A stretch of 64,000 nt of DNA from Octopus sinensis (GCF_006345805.1 NC_043015.1:13206001-13270000); one strand, 5' to 3'; shown: positions 1-10,514, numbered from the stretch's first letter. Numbers and translations are program-made. The notes: a model not told the origin generated them from the sequence alone.

Positions 1-300
1 ACTTGCAGGAAATAGCTTTTTTAACCTTAGTCATATTGGTGACGTCTGGGAACAATTTGTCTACTCCAATGCAGTAATGTAACCCCGTTGAAAGCTCTGT
101 GGTGTCGGTCATGTTCGGTTTAAAATGTTCTCTACACCATTGCAGGCAACTCGTATCTTTTACTTTGAATTGTATCACCACCATCATGGAAATCGTTGTA
201 GGTTTAATCGCAATTAAAAGGAACTCTGAACATAGTTGAACCCCAGGTCTGACATAGTCTCACAAAAATTAGGTTCTCTCGGTAATTTTCGTGCGGAGAG
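1..300 (-). pseudogene. possible highly decayed IS630/Tc1-like transposase remnant
   Basis: Minus-strand translation gives fragments such as ...NDFHDG... and WCREHFKPNM, loosely like the DYHxEM..WFxxxLLPNL segment of IS630/Tc1-type transposases; broken frames. Confidence 0.25.
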
Positions 301-319
301 TAAACTGTCTGCTGACACA

Positions 320-1810
320 TATTTCTTTATTACCCACTAGGGGCTACGAAGAGGGAACATTACAAGACATGGGGGATACAAAACAATATGATTAAAATTA
401 TGAGTAAATGAATGTTAGAATGAAAAAATGATAATATGAAAGCGATGCTAACGGCCCCCTCCGCCAGCATCACTTACCTGTCCGTTTCCCATCACAATTC
501 CAAACTTTTTTACCTCACCCTTCATTTCTCTTTCATACCTCTCTATCATATCATCCTTCATATACGCTGTCAAACAATTTATACGCAATTCATTACACTT
601 GCTCGTCAAAGAGTTCATAAGTTCAGAATCAAACACCGCGTAACTACCGTCTTCATACTCTTGCCATACATCGTCCTGAAAAATCCTTTTTGCGTCCTCG
701 GTATCCCCCTTCCTCACAACACATAAAAAGTAGGACCGGGGCCTTTGTTTGTTCTGTGTGTCTGTTTTCGTTTTTCTTGTAGGCGGGGAGTGGGTGGAAT
801 CGCTGTTTGCAGGGGCAGGATGGGTCTCCAAGGGTGTGGGTGGTGTTGGGGTGGGTTGGGGCTTCGCACAGTTTTTCCTTTTCTTTCCTTTTCTCTTCTT
901 TCTGCCCTCCTCCCACTCTTTTTGCATCTCCTCCTCCTCTGTCGTTTCCCTTTCCGTCTGCTTCTCTTTAATTTCTTCCTCTTTTGGGGCCTCCTCTTTT
1001 GGAGATTCCTCAACGATTTCCTTTTCTCTTGGTAGGGGAGGGCAGAAGGCTCTTATGTGGCCCCTCAGGCCACACTTGTAACAACGTGGAGCTCTGCCCT
1101 CCACCCACACTCTCATAATCACGTCTCCCAATCTGATGCTTTCCGCCAGGTCCACCAGTACCTCGTTTTCTGCCTGCACGTTCAGCTCCACTGTTACGCC
1201 TCTCCAGCCCTCGGTCTTAACCGAGGCATGGAGAATATCCACTTCCTCCTCGTGGCCGCTGATCACAGCCGCCACAATCCACTCTGCCTCAACGTTTGGT
1301 GGCACTCCCTCCACCCTCACTCGTGTAATCCTTCTATTCAAATACATAGGTAAAAGTGTTACCTTTTCTGACTTCACCGCCTTCACCGCCATCTTCCTCG
1401 CTGCAGTCTCACTTTTAAAATGTACCACTACAGTACCGTACTTCGATCCTCGAGTCAGAAAAATGATTTCCTCCTCCGATCTTCTCAGGGCCTCCTCTAT
1501 CCACTCCATGTTTACAACTTCTATTTTCTTTCTTTCGTTTGCGAACACCCTGTAAATAATGGTCCTTTTATTGTACCATTCCTTTCTCTTTGGTGGTGGT
1601 TCCAGTTCCACCTCGCCGCTGTCCTTCCTCATATACTTCTGGAAACCTGGCAATTTTCCTAGGTTTATTTCCTTTTCCTGTGCCGTCTTCTTTTTTGCAA
1701 CTCATGCGTACGTTTTCCTGTTTTTTATCTCCACATTATTTACATCACCGATTTGATCGTCTTCAGAGTTCGATGTCTCCGACAAGTTCTCAAATATCCA
1801 TTCCTCCTCC
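320..1810 (-). mobile_element. ORF1-only (HAL1-like) non-autonomous Tx1/L1-type retroelement, 5'-truncated
   Basis: Exact 15-bp direct repeat CTGTCTGCTGACACA at 305-319 and 1811-1825 (TSD). Contains only a gag-like ORF, about 130 bp of 3'UTR and the tail ...TAGCCCCTAGTGGGTAATAAAGAAAT; no EN or RT. Confidence 0.8.
448..1653 (-). CDS. LINE ORF1p/gag-like nucleic-acid-binding protein with CCHC zinc knuckle
   Basis: 401-codon open frame; CYKCGLRGHIRAFC = CX2CX4HX4C; RRM-like region upstream (RTIIYRVF...GTVVVHF); E/K-rich and P/T-rich tail. The frame continues upstream to about 1810 through one TGA (KTYA*VAK). Confidence 0.85.
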   Translation of the reverse strand: MPGFQKYMRKDSGEVELEPPPKRKEWYNKRTIIYRVFANERKKIEVVNMEWIEEALRRSEEEIIFLTRGSKYGTVVVHFKSETAARKMAVKAVKSEKVTLLPMYLNRRITRVRVEGVPPNVEAEWIVAAVISGHEEEVDILHASVKTEGWRGVTVELNVQAENEVLVDLAESIRLGDVIMRVWVEGRAPRCYKCGLRGHIRAFCPPLPREKEIVEESPKEEAPKEEEIKEKQTERETTEEEEMQKEWEEGRKKRKGKKRKNCAKPQPTPTPPTPLETHPAPANSDSTHSPPTRKTKTDTQNKQRPRSYFLCVVRKGDTEDAKRIFQDDVWQEYEDGSYAVFDSELMNSLTSKCNELRINCLTAYMKDDMIERYEREMKGEVKKFGIVMGNGQVSDAGGGGR

Positions 1811-1894
1811 CTGTCTGCTGACACAACTTATGCACGTGATTGGCTGCAATATATATCGATAGGTGTGTTGGTCAACTGCGTGAATGTTCTATCA

Positions 1895-1922
1895 CTGCCC
1901 CTTGTGGGTAATAAAAAATCAG
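1895..1922 (+). mobile_element. 28-bp extreme 5'-truncated retroinsertion consisting only of the shared 3' tail
   Basis: CTGCCCCTTGTGGGTAATAAAAAATCAG flanked by a 13-bp direct repeat GAATGTTCTATCA (1882-1894, 1923-1935). Confidence 0.75.
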
Positions 1923-2390
1923 GAATGTTCTATCATTTGTCATGTCAAACAGGATAATATTAACGAGGCTTGAAAACAGATTTAGTCAGAAATGCTGTAA
2001 GATCGAATCCGGAAAGCAATCTGTTGCATATTTGAGTGTTCTTGAATTCAATTTAATGTTAGCATTAATTTTTATAACTCTGTATTCAACAGTAATTCTG
2101 ATTATAGCTATTTATGAAGCATTACAGTAGCGTCTTTATTTTGAAATTCATTAAATAATATTGGTACATATTAATTCTTCGTTAGTAAACTCACTGTCAA
2201 TTAAGGATTTTCCATGACTAACAGTAGCCTGTGAAAATTAATAACATGCAAGAATTTGAATAAGCTCTCGGATTGGGAGTATTTCAGCTTTAACTGCTGG
2301 CGTATCTATCTGTACACACACACACACACACACACAGAGTCTTTCTGCTCTTTAATATTGTTTTCTAGGTACAACTGATGCTTTATACTC

Positions 2391-2627
2391 TTCACTCTTT
2401 TACTTGTTTCAGTAATTTGACTGTGGCCATGCTGGAGCACCGCCTTTAGTCGAGCAAATCGACCCCAGGACTTATTCTTTGTAAGCCTAGTACTTATTCC
2501 ATCGGAATATCTTTTGCCGAACCGCTAAGTTACGGGGACGTAAACACACCAGCATCAGTTGTCAAGCGATGTTGGGGGGACAAACACACGCACACGCACG
2601 CACGCACGCACACACACACACACACAC

Positions 2628-2671
<44 letters not shown>

Positions 2672-2865
2672 CGACTGGCTTCTTTCAGTTTCCGTCTACC
2701 AAATCCACCCACGACGGGCTTCTTTCAGTTTCCGTCTACCAAATCCGCTCTACTATAGCCCGAGGCTATAGTACAAGACAGTTACCCAAGGTGCCACGCA
2801 GTGGGACCGAACCCGGAACCATGTGGTTCGTAAGCAAGCTACTTACCGCACAGCCACTCCCCCAC
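2391..2865 (-). mobile_element. long tRNA-derived SINE (family A) with internal (CA)n/(TA)n tract
   Basis: Minus strand reads GTGGCTGTGCGGTAAG...GGTTCCGGGTTCGGTCCC (A/B boxes), CORE-like ACCTTGGGTAA, tail GAAACAAGTAAAAGAG. Partial copies at about 4190-4355, 10655-10850, 11175-11545, 22990-23240, 30180-30390, 30570-30905, 33830-34010, 50035-50445, 52180-52325/53750-53915, 57940-58075. Confidence 0.85.
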
Positions 2866-3686
2866 TCGTAACCAGCTTCTTATACAATTTTATTACGTAG
2901 AGCTTAGTTATCCTTATCACATGACGCCTTATTGCTCACTCTATCAATCTTGAAAATTTCGTCGATTTCTGTTTCGTAAATTTATTATCGTTTTTTCCTT
3001 TTTAATTGTCAGCTGGTGATGCTATAATACTTGGCTGCAGAAAATTACGAGTGAAAGAATTGCACAAAATAAAAAGAAAAAAGAAAATGCTTGTTACGTC
3101 GTTTTAGCTTGTACATGAATGTGTTCAGTGATGAGTTACCAACTCATTAGTTTCCGATCGTCTCTTAATTGATGGGATATAATATAAAATACTATCGTTT
3201 TAGCTATCACTGCAAAAGAAATTGAAGAAAAAATGCAACTTGAGACCCTTGTCAAATTTAGCGAGCTTTTAATAACATGATTTTGCAGGGAGATTTTTTT
3301 TCAAAATTCATCGCGTGTCATCTTAAATTTTCGGCCTGTCCCTGCTGACACGCATGTCTTAGGTTCACCAGCACTGATATAGGACAATATTAACTAACGT
3401 AACCTTCCTATACTTAATATGGCAAGTGAAGATTTGAAAGAGATTTGGCTGTTATTTCTAGCAGGTTGAGTGACTAATTACACTTTTATTCTCTCCCCTT
3501 TTTTCTACAGTCTACCAATCAACAGCAGTAATTTCACTAAGGGACTACAAATGTTATGATCGCTACCTACCGTTAAATATAAAATATAATAAAATTTATT
3601 GACGTCATAAGAATTTTGATGACGTCAATAACGTACAATTCTCTTTGGTAAGAATAAAGTTTCTAAAATGGATAGAGAAATTCGAA

Positions 3687-3759
3687 GGGTTGCTTTGGTA
3701 CAATGGATGAACATATGTTATGTCTACAGGAGATGTGGGTTCGAATCCCATGAGGGAAC
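3687..3759 (+). pseudogene. tRNA-like pseudogene or isolated SINE head
   Basis: A-box-like TGGTACAATGG and B-box GGTTCGAATCC with T-arm ATGTGGGTTCGAATCCCAT; anticodon and acceptor stems pair poorly. Confidence 0.35.
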
Positions 3760-3951
3760 TTTCAACTTAATCTATCAAAAACTGTTTTTTAACCCAATAT
3801 TTTAATGCTGTTATAAGAGACAATGAGTTCAAATTCCGACTTTGCCTTTCATCTTTTCAGAGTCGACCACTTGAGCCCTGGGATCGACTTTCCCCCAAAT
3901 TCCTCAAAACAGTTTCATGCCTTGTGCACATTGTAGAAAGGATTATTCCTA

Positions 3952-4152
3952 ATCGATGAGCTGGCAGGATCGTTAGTATGCCGGACAGAATGTTCAGCGG
4001 CGTTTCATCCGTCTGAGTTTAAATTCCGCTAAGGTCTACTTGACCGTTCATTCTTTCGGGGTCGATAAAATAAGTACCAGTTGAGCATTAGGGTTAAAGT
4101 AGTTGACAGCCCTCTCCTACAAAATTTCAGGCCTTATGCCTATAGTAGAAAA
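3952..4152 (+). mobile_element. tRNA-derived SINE (family B, octopus OR-like)
   Basis: GAGCTGGCAGGATCGTTAG...GAGTTTAAATTCCG...CTTTCGGGGTCGATAAAATAAGTACC. Many copies: about 13512-13740, 29505-29900, 42480-43155, 44405-44620, 44900-45225, 47480-48122, 51098-51430, 58855-59050, 60840-61045, 63110-63330. Confidence 0.85.
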
Positions 4153-4610
4153 GATTTATAGCTTCATGTGATTCGAGATCCATTGTAGCAGGTGCAAGTG
4201 TGACTGAGTGGTAAGAAGTTTGCTTCTCAACCAGATTACTTCGTGTTTAGTCCTATTGTGTGGCACCTTGGCTATTGTCTTCTACCATAGCCTCGGGCTG
4301 ACCAAAGCCTTGTGAGTGGATTTGGTAGACAGAAACTGAAAGAAGTCCGTCGTATATAATTACATGCATACGCACACACATACACACATACACACACACA
4401 CACACACACACATGTTAGTTGAAATATGTGACAAACATGTTTCAACTAATCTACATTCTTCTCTACCTAAACACTGCTTTGCGCCAATGCGTCGTTATTT
4501 ACCTTGATCGGGCGATCTACTAGTGCAAGTCAGTCAATATGTTGACTGAATTATATATAAAGCTACAGCCTTATTAAGTTCGTTCAGAGTTGCATCTCTT
4601 AGCTACATCT

Positions 4611-7247
4611 TTAAATATAATGAGAAAAATCAAGTTATGGCGAGGATATTTGGCGGACACCCGCAGGTATTCATTTACAAACGTGTTTCAGACATGCCAG
4701 CCCATATTAGGTTGGCAAAAATACTGGATGATGAACTTTATGAATCCTGCAAGAAAAGGTACCCAAACGATTTGTTGGACGTAACTAAAGAAAAGAAGTG
4801 GTCCAGAGAGAAAAGGAAGGAGAGATTGCAAAATTAGTGCAGCCTCTCCCCAAAACGCAAGTTCTTTTTTACTCTCTGTTTTTATTCTATCGTGGAGATA
4901 AATGCACATGGCTTGGGGGTTGAGATGGAAACAATTTGCCTCCTAAACGACCTCAGGTCGCTAGATTTGGATACATGTGTGGTAACTGAGTCCAAGTTGA
5001 ATGAGCCACACGTTCTTGCCTCTTCTAAGTAGCTATGAGAAATTTATTTCTCTTCGTCGCTGGGGAGGTGCGGGCGTGGTGGTTTTGTTCAGAAAAGGCT
5101 TGGATGTACAGGTAAGTACAGTCTTTCTGGACCCAGAAGGTAGGCTGGTCGTCCTAGATGTGACACATGTAAGTAAGCAGTCTTTCAGGTTGGTAGTTAT
5201 CTACGCTCCGAAGGAGTGTAGGCAAGCTGGGTTTCTTTTCGTGACTTGGAGAATTTCTTAGTGACGTTTAAGACTCAAGTTCTAATTGGAGACTTTAACA
5301 CTATCCTCGATGCACGAGTGGATAGTGTTGGCTCGGCAAATAGAAGCGGAAATCCTGGTCTCAAAAGGCTACTACCAAGCTATAACTTAGTAGACATTTA
5401 CAGGATGGATGAACCGCTCGTTCTACAATGGACGTGGTCTAATAACGACGGTTCACACAGGTCTTATCTAGATAGAATATTTATTAGAGATAGAGATAAG
5501 GATACTGTTAGTTGTCCACGTTTGATTGCGTCCCTTACACGGATCACAAATTTGTGACGTGTAAGGTGTACTTAGCTAAGTGCCATAGACAGGGACCAGA
5601 GTACTGGAAGCTAAACAAGTCTATTTTGACTTGTAAAACCTTCTGTGTCCGGGTCAAGAAATTAGTTTAGAGGTCATTATGTGGCGCCATCATCAATAAT
5701 AGATGGTGGTGCACCCTCAAACGAACCATTCATTCAGAGTCTGTTAGATTTAGTAAACAGCTAAGTTTAGAAAAGACTAGGATAGAAGGGCAATTAGTTA
5801 AGGAATTAGAAGAGGCCATGGAATCTGGCTCTGCACCTAGAGTGACGGCGGCGAGGGTGGTATTGTTTCGCCACCTCAAAGCCAAACACGAAGGGTGTAG
5901 AGTCAGGGCTAAGTTACGTGCAGTGGGAAGAGAGAGTATTAACGTTGCTGGATGGGCTTGTCGTGCCCATGTTGTAGAGGCAGAGAAGCTTCTATAAAGT
6001 CTTTAATTGACGAGCAGGGTTGTACGATCGAAGTACAAGTGGAGATGCGAATGGCTTTTCACCAGCATTTCGCCCGGTTGTTCGGGGAGGGCGGTGCGAC
6101 GGATCGTGGGGAGACCCAAAGGGATTTCCTCGCCGGCAGGCGGCGACTCTCGGCACAGGAAGCGGAATGCTGTGAATGCAGCTAAGGAGGCCAAGGAGGT
6201 GCTGGCTGAATGCGCAGGAAACAAGTTGCCGGGGCTGGATGGTCTGCCCTATGATTTTTATCGAAGTATCCTGGACTTGTTCGGACACTTACTGGCCTGA
6301 GTCTACACGAACTGGCGGCAGAATGGGAGGATTCCCAGCTCTGTTAGTCGGAGAGTGGTGACGTTGATCAGAAAGACCCGAACAAGGGGATCATATTTGT
6401 AATTTCAGGCCCATAACTCTACTTAACGTAGAGTTAAAGATTTTGGCCAAAGTACTATCTAAAAGGTTGACGCTTGTCGCGGAGAAACTTGTAGGGAAAG
6501 CGCAGACATGCGCAATCCCAGGCAGGTCAATCCAACACAACCTCCCACTCTTACGCTACACTTTAGACAGGGTGGGTAAATTATCCGGCAAAGGCGGGGC
6601 ATTGGTCCATTTAGACCAAAGTAAAGCTTTTGATATGGTAGATCACCAGTGTCTGGCGGCGGTCCTCGAGGCAGCTGGGCTAGGCTTGGGCTTTCAAGGC
6701 TGAATCACTGCCATTTATATCGCCATCAAATCGACAGTCTAGGTAAACGGTTACCTGTCGGTTCCGTTTGAGAGCAAGCGCTCGGTTCGTCAGGAGTGCC
6801 CCCTGTCTCCGCTTCTGTATGTGCTGGCTCTTGAGCCATTACTGCAGAGGTTGGAGAATTTGGTGTGCATCCCTAATGAAATCGGATGTGGTAAGTCTGT
6901 TTCTGCTAATGCGGATGATGTCACCATCACCGTGTCCAGTGAAGATCAGCTACCTTGTGTAGAGGATGCAATAAAGGGATACGAAGCGATGGCAGGCGCA
7001 AAAGTTAACAAGGACAAGTCCATTGGCTTGCGGCTCGGCACCTGGAGCAGCAAGCCGAGATTGTTCAGTAGGGTGTAGTCTCTGGCCTTCTGGACTACAG
7101 TCAGTGTTTAAAAAAAAATTTAGTTGTATATATAGACATAATTTTAAAATATGTCATCCGATAAGCTCACCGTAGCACCATTAATTGTTTTGTAATGTCC
7201 TGTATTGTCCTATCTGTGTATTGAATTTAATATTCATAATAAAGAAT
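4611..7247 (+). mobile_element. Tx1/L1-clade LINE copy A (ORF1 C-terminus, decayed ORF2 EN+RT, deletion to 3' tail)
   Basis: APE motifs (INAHGL, VVIYAP, LIGDFN, WTWS...SYLDRIF, TDHK); RT motifs (LPGLDGLP, FRPITLLN, LDQSKAFD, VRQECPLSP, ANADDVT); many frameshifts and stops; perfect 18-bp TSD CATCTCTTAGCTACATCT at 4593-4610 and 7248-7265. Confidence 0.9.
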
Positions 7248-7265
7248 CATCTCTTAGCTACATCT

Positions 7266-10200
7266 CCTTTTGGTGCTACTTGTTTGTAAGTTCTATCTCT
7301 TATTATCTAATGTTTCTTTATTATTGCACTGTTTGTTGTACCTGTTGAAATTTGAAACTGCTGTTAATCTGTGAACTATCATTTTCGCCCTGCAGGAATA
7401 TTGTGAAATTTTTGATATTGTTGGAAACAACTGCTATTGGGCTTTTTGTGATTTGAACTCTTTGGTTTTTTACCTTTTGCAGGGTAAAAAATATTTTTGT
7501 CAATAATTTTGGTAAAAATTATTTTTTGTCAAAAAAATATTTTTGTCAGTTTGTATATTCCTTTTTAAGAAATTATTTTTCTGTATAATTACGTTATGGA
7601 ATTCAACGTAATCTCTAAGGAGGATTTCCTAGAAATGGAAAAGATACCAAACAAAGAAACCGATAATGTAAAATGAGTGTTTAAGGAAAAACCCAGCTTT
7701 TCGGCTGGTAATATGATAACGGTATGATAATTTTAGGCGGTAATATGATAACGCTAGAGGTGGCAAAGGCTGAGTTGTTTAAGTATAGAAATCTTGTAAA
7801 AAAGAACGGAAAAAGGATACGAAGTTGCTCCTTCCGCAGGAAATTGTACAAAATATAGCTACGAGAACGGTGGTTGTTCTTAGTCTTCATAAATGACTTG
7901 CCCGACGACCTCACGCAACACACCCTTCTATTTGCCGACGATATCAAACTGGTCGCTCCTTGCGGTAATATAGAGGATCTTCGTCGATGCCTCCACCAAA
8001 TTTGGAAGTGGTCTAACGATTGGGACCTGTGTCTGAACGTGTCAAAGTGCTGTCATCTGCCTGTCGGCTCTACTCCTGCAACTCAACTTGATTTTGAGCC
8101 GGGTCGTCTGCTACTGGAGAGGACCGATCAGGTAAAGGACCTGGGTATCTTGGTGGATTCCTCCTTTTCGCCTTCGGCCCAGTGCGTCCATGCTGCCAAC
8201 AAAGCACGCGGAATTCTGTTCTTGATTCGACGGTCATTCGGAATGCTTACAGCAGCCATATTCCTACCACTCTATGTCACGCTGGTGAGACCCATATTGG
8301 AGTATGGGATTCAAGCCTCTTCTCCTTATCTCCTCAAAGACATACAGCATCTCGAAAGAGTCCAGAAGCTGGCTACCCGCATGGTTCATGGTCTCAAAAA
8401 TTTGTCCTACGAAGAAAGGCTGAGGACGCTCGACCTTTATTCTCTTGAAAAACGCCGCCGCCGTGGTGATCTCATTCTCGCCCACAACATCATAAGCGGA
8501 AAGTGTAACCTCTCGAAAGAGCTGTTCTTCACTCCTGCTCCAGAGCGTCGGCTGCGGGGTCATTCCGAAAAGCTCTACCTGCGACGATTTCATCTCAATC
8601 GAAGGAGAGGAGCTTTCTCCGTTCGGGTTGCGGATCCGTGGAACAAGCTGCCAGACGAGATGGTGAAGATGCCGACGACCGCTTTGTTCAAAGCCTCCCT
8701 GGACCTCAAGTGGCCTGAACTCTTTACATGAACACCACCCTGTACTTAACTCCATGTCCCCCTACATGGCCTTGCTATTTGCTTTTGAGCCAAATTAACT
8801 AACTAACTAACTAACTAACATATTAAAAGTATAATCTAAAGGAAAAAAAAGAATTGTAACTTGTAAAAGTGAAATAATCGAAAGGTGTCTGGCATATGTA
8901 TGGAAAAAAATCGAGTACGTTGGACGTGGTAGAAGGAATGTCACGGTAGAAGCACAATTTGCTAATGAGAACATGGCTAAGGAGTTATCAACATAAACAT
9001 TAAAAAATGGGGAAATAATTCTACTACCAACGTATTTGGGTAGAAGGACGGCAAAAATTACCGTAGAAGATATAACAGCAGGATACGACGTAATTTGGAT
9101 AGCAGCAGCCATAACTTATGATATGGAGGAAAAAATGTCTATTTTACAGATGAAGAAGAAAGAGGCCAAAAATTGGAAGGGGCAGCCCTTGACGACGTGG
9201 TTCAAGCCACCCTAAAGTACTAGAAGGGCTGCTCGATAGGGGAAGGGATGAGTGTGAGAATTGCAGTACAGGGGTGGAGGCCACGCTGCTTTAACTGCGG
9301 CGAAAAGTGCGGTGACCAGGTGTGGAATTCGCTGGCAGAAAAATTCTTTCCGCGACTGGCCTCCTTGGAGGAACCCAAACCCAACTTCATTAAAATATGT
9401 AACACGACTGAATGGCAAAAGGAATGCCGACAGGCACTCGTGTTAATCCATAAGGCGGGCAAGACCGGCAACGGGAATACCACCTCTGTATTCTATAGAG
9501 GGCTGGTAGAGTTTAAGAGGGATGACGTCCTAAGGGAAGCTCTGGGGCTCGACGAAGGCCAGCTAGCAAACCTGTTTCAAAGAACTTTCGGGCCGGGGTA
9601 CCTGGATAACTACCAGAAATCCCTGACCTGGCAGTGCTAAAGAAGTGTGTTACCTGTTCGCGACAAATTGTCTAGGCATTGATTGTCTGTGCCACCGACA
9701 TGCTCAAGGTGCGGGCAGGACGATGAAACCGTTCTACACGCCCTTGTACAACACCCGGAGCTTTCAGGTTTTATAATTTACATAGAACACGTGCTGTCGC
9801 ATCTAGGAAGAGTACAGCTGTTTGCTGAGTCCATGATCGAGATTGTATCGCCACCCGGACTATCAATGAAAGGTGAGACATGTTTTTTATGCACAGTTGC
9901 AGTATTGAAAGAGTGTATATGGAAAACTAGAATGAAAGGAGTCGCGACGGAAATTTTCATCTCCGGCCCTGGTTTGCTATATTACTTCAGATATCATCTG
10001 AAGAGCAAGATAGGGCTGGAGAGGAGATACCTGTCGCGAAGTATATTCGGGAAAAGATGGAAGGATGTGGCAAGGAAGTTGGGTTTGAATGACCCTACTT
10101 AATCTCATCCATGGTAGAAAAGTATGGTGTGGCCGTTGGGCTTCATGGCCAAGGGTAAACTTGTAAAACTTGCAAATTTTAAAAATACAACATTCATCTT

Positions 10201-10307
10201 CATATTTTTAAAAACCACTTTAAAAAGAACTTATAAACGCATTATTTGTTTGTAATGTCCTGTGTTGTCCCATCTATGTATGAGATATAATTATCGTAAT
10301 AAAGAAT
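7266..10307 (+). mobile_element. Tx1/L1-clade LINE copy B (5'UTR, ORF1 to zinc knuckle, large internal deletion, ORF2 C-terminus), interrupted by a CR1-like insert
   Basis: 8830-9310 translates to ...LLPTYLGRRTAKITVE...WIAAAI...VQGWRPRCFNCG, homologous to the 448-1653 ORF1 (LLPMYLNRRITRVRVE...WIVAAVI...VEGRAPRCYKCG). It joins the ORF2 C-terminus with a zf-RVT-like CSRCGQDDETVLHAL. The 3' tail is like copy A and is followed by CATCTCTTAGGTATATCT (10308-10325). Confidence 0.85.
7874..8819 (+). mobile_element. 5'-truncated CR1/L2-group LINE (RT C-terminal half) with (AACT)n tail
   Basis: Uninterrupted 285-codon frame FLVFINDLP...LLFADDIKL...KDLGILVD...LVRPILEY...LERVQKLATRMV...SYEERL...RRRRGDLI; tail TAACTAACTAACT at about 8796-8819; splits copy B ORF1 (RTVV | LKV). 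Confidence 0.9.
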
Positions 10308-10514
10308 CATCTCTTAGGTATATCTCATTGACAAGAGTCAAAAAGCCCGGAACATCGATGTCTGAAATTCCTGACAGATGGCGACACTGAACAAACCAGG
10401 TGTTTTCACACCTTTTAACATAAAGGAGATTTTCTCCACGGTAACTGCAGTGTATTTGCCTTTTAGCAGTTGAAATATGTGACAAACATATTTCAACTAA
10501 CCTAAATTCTGTTC

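Noticed and set aside
436-1862. Several plus-strand ORFs overlapping the gag ORF
   Set aside because: Antisense shadows of a purine-rich coding strand with no motifs
321-1920. Apparent TIRs (ATTTCTTTATTACCCAC / GTGGGTAATAAAAAAT) around the gag ORF, suggesting a DNA transposon or DIRS-like element
   Set aside because: Each has its own TSD; they are two independent retro-tails in opposite orientation
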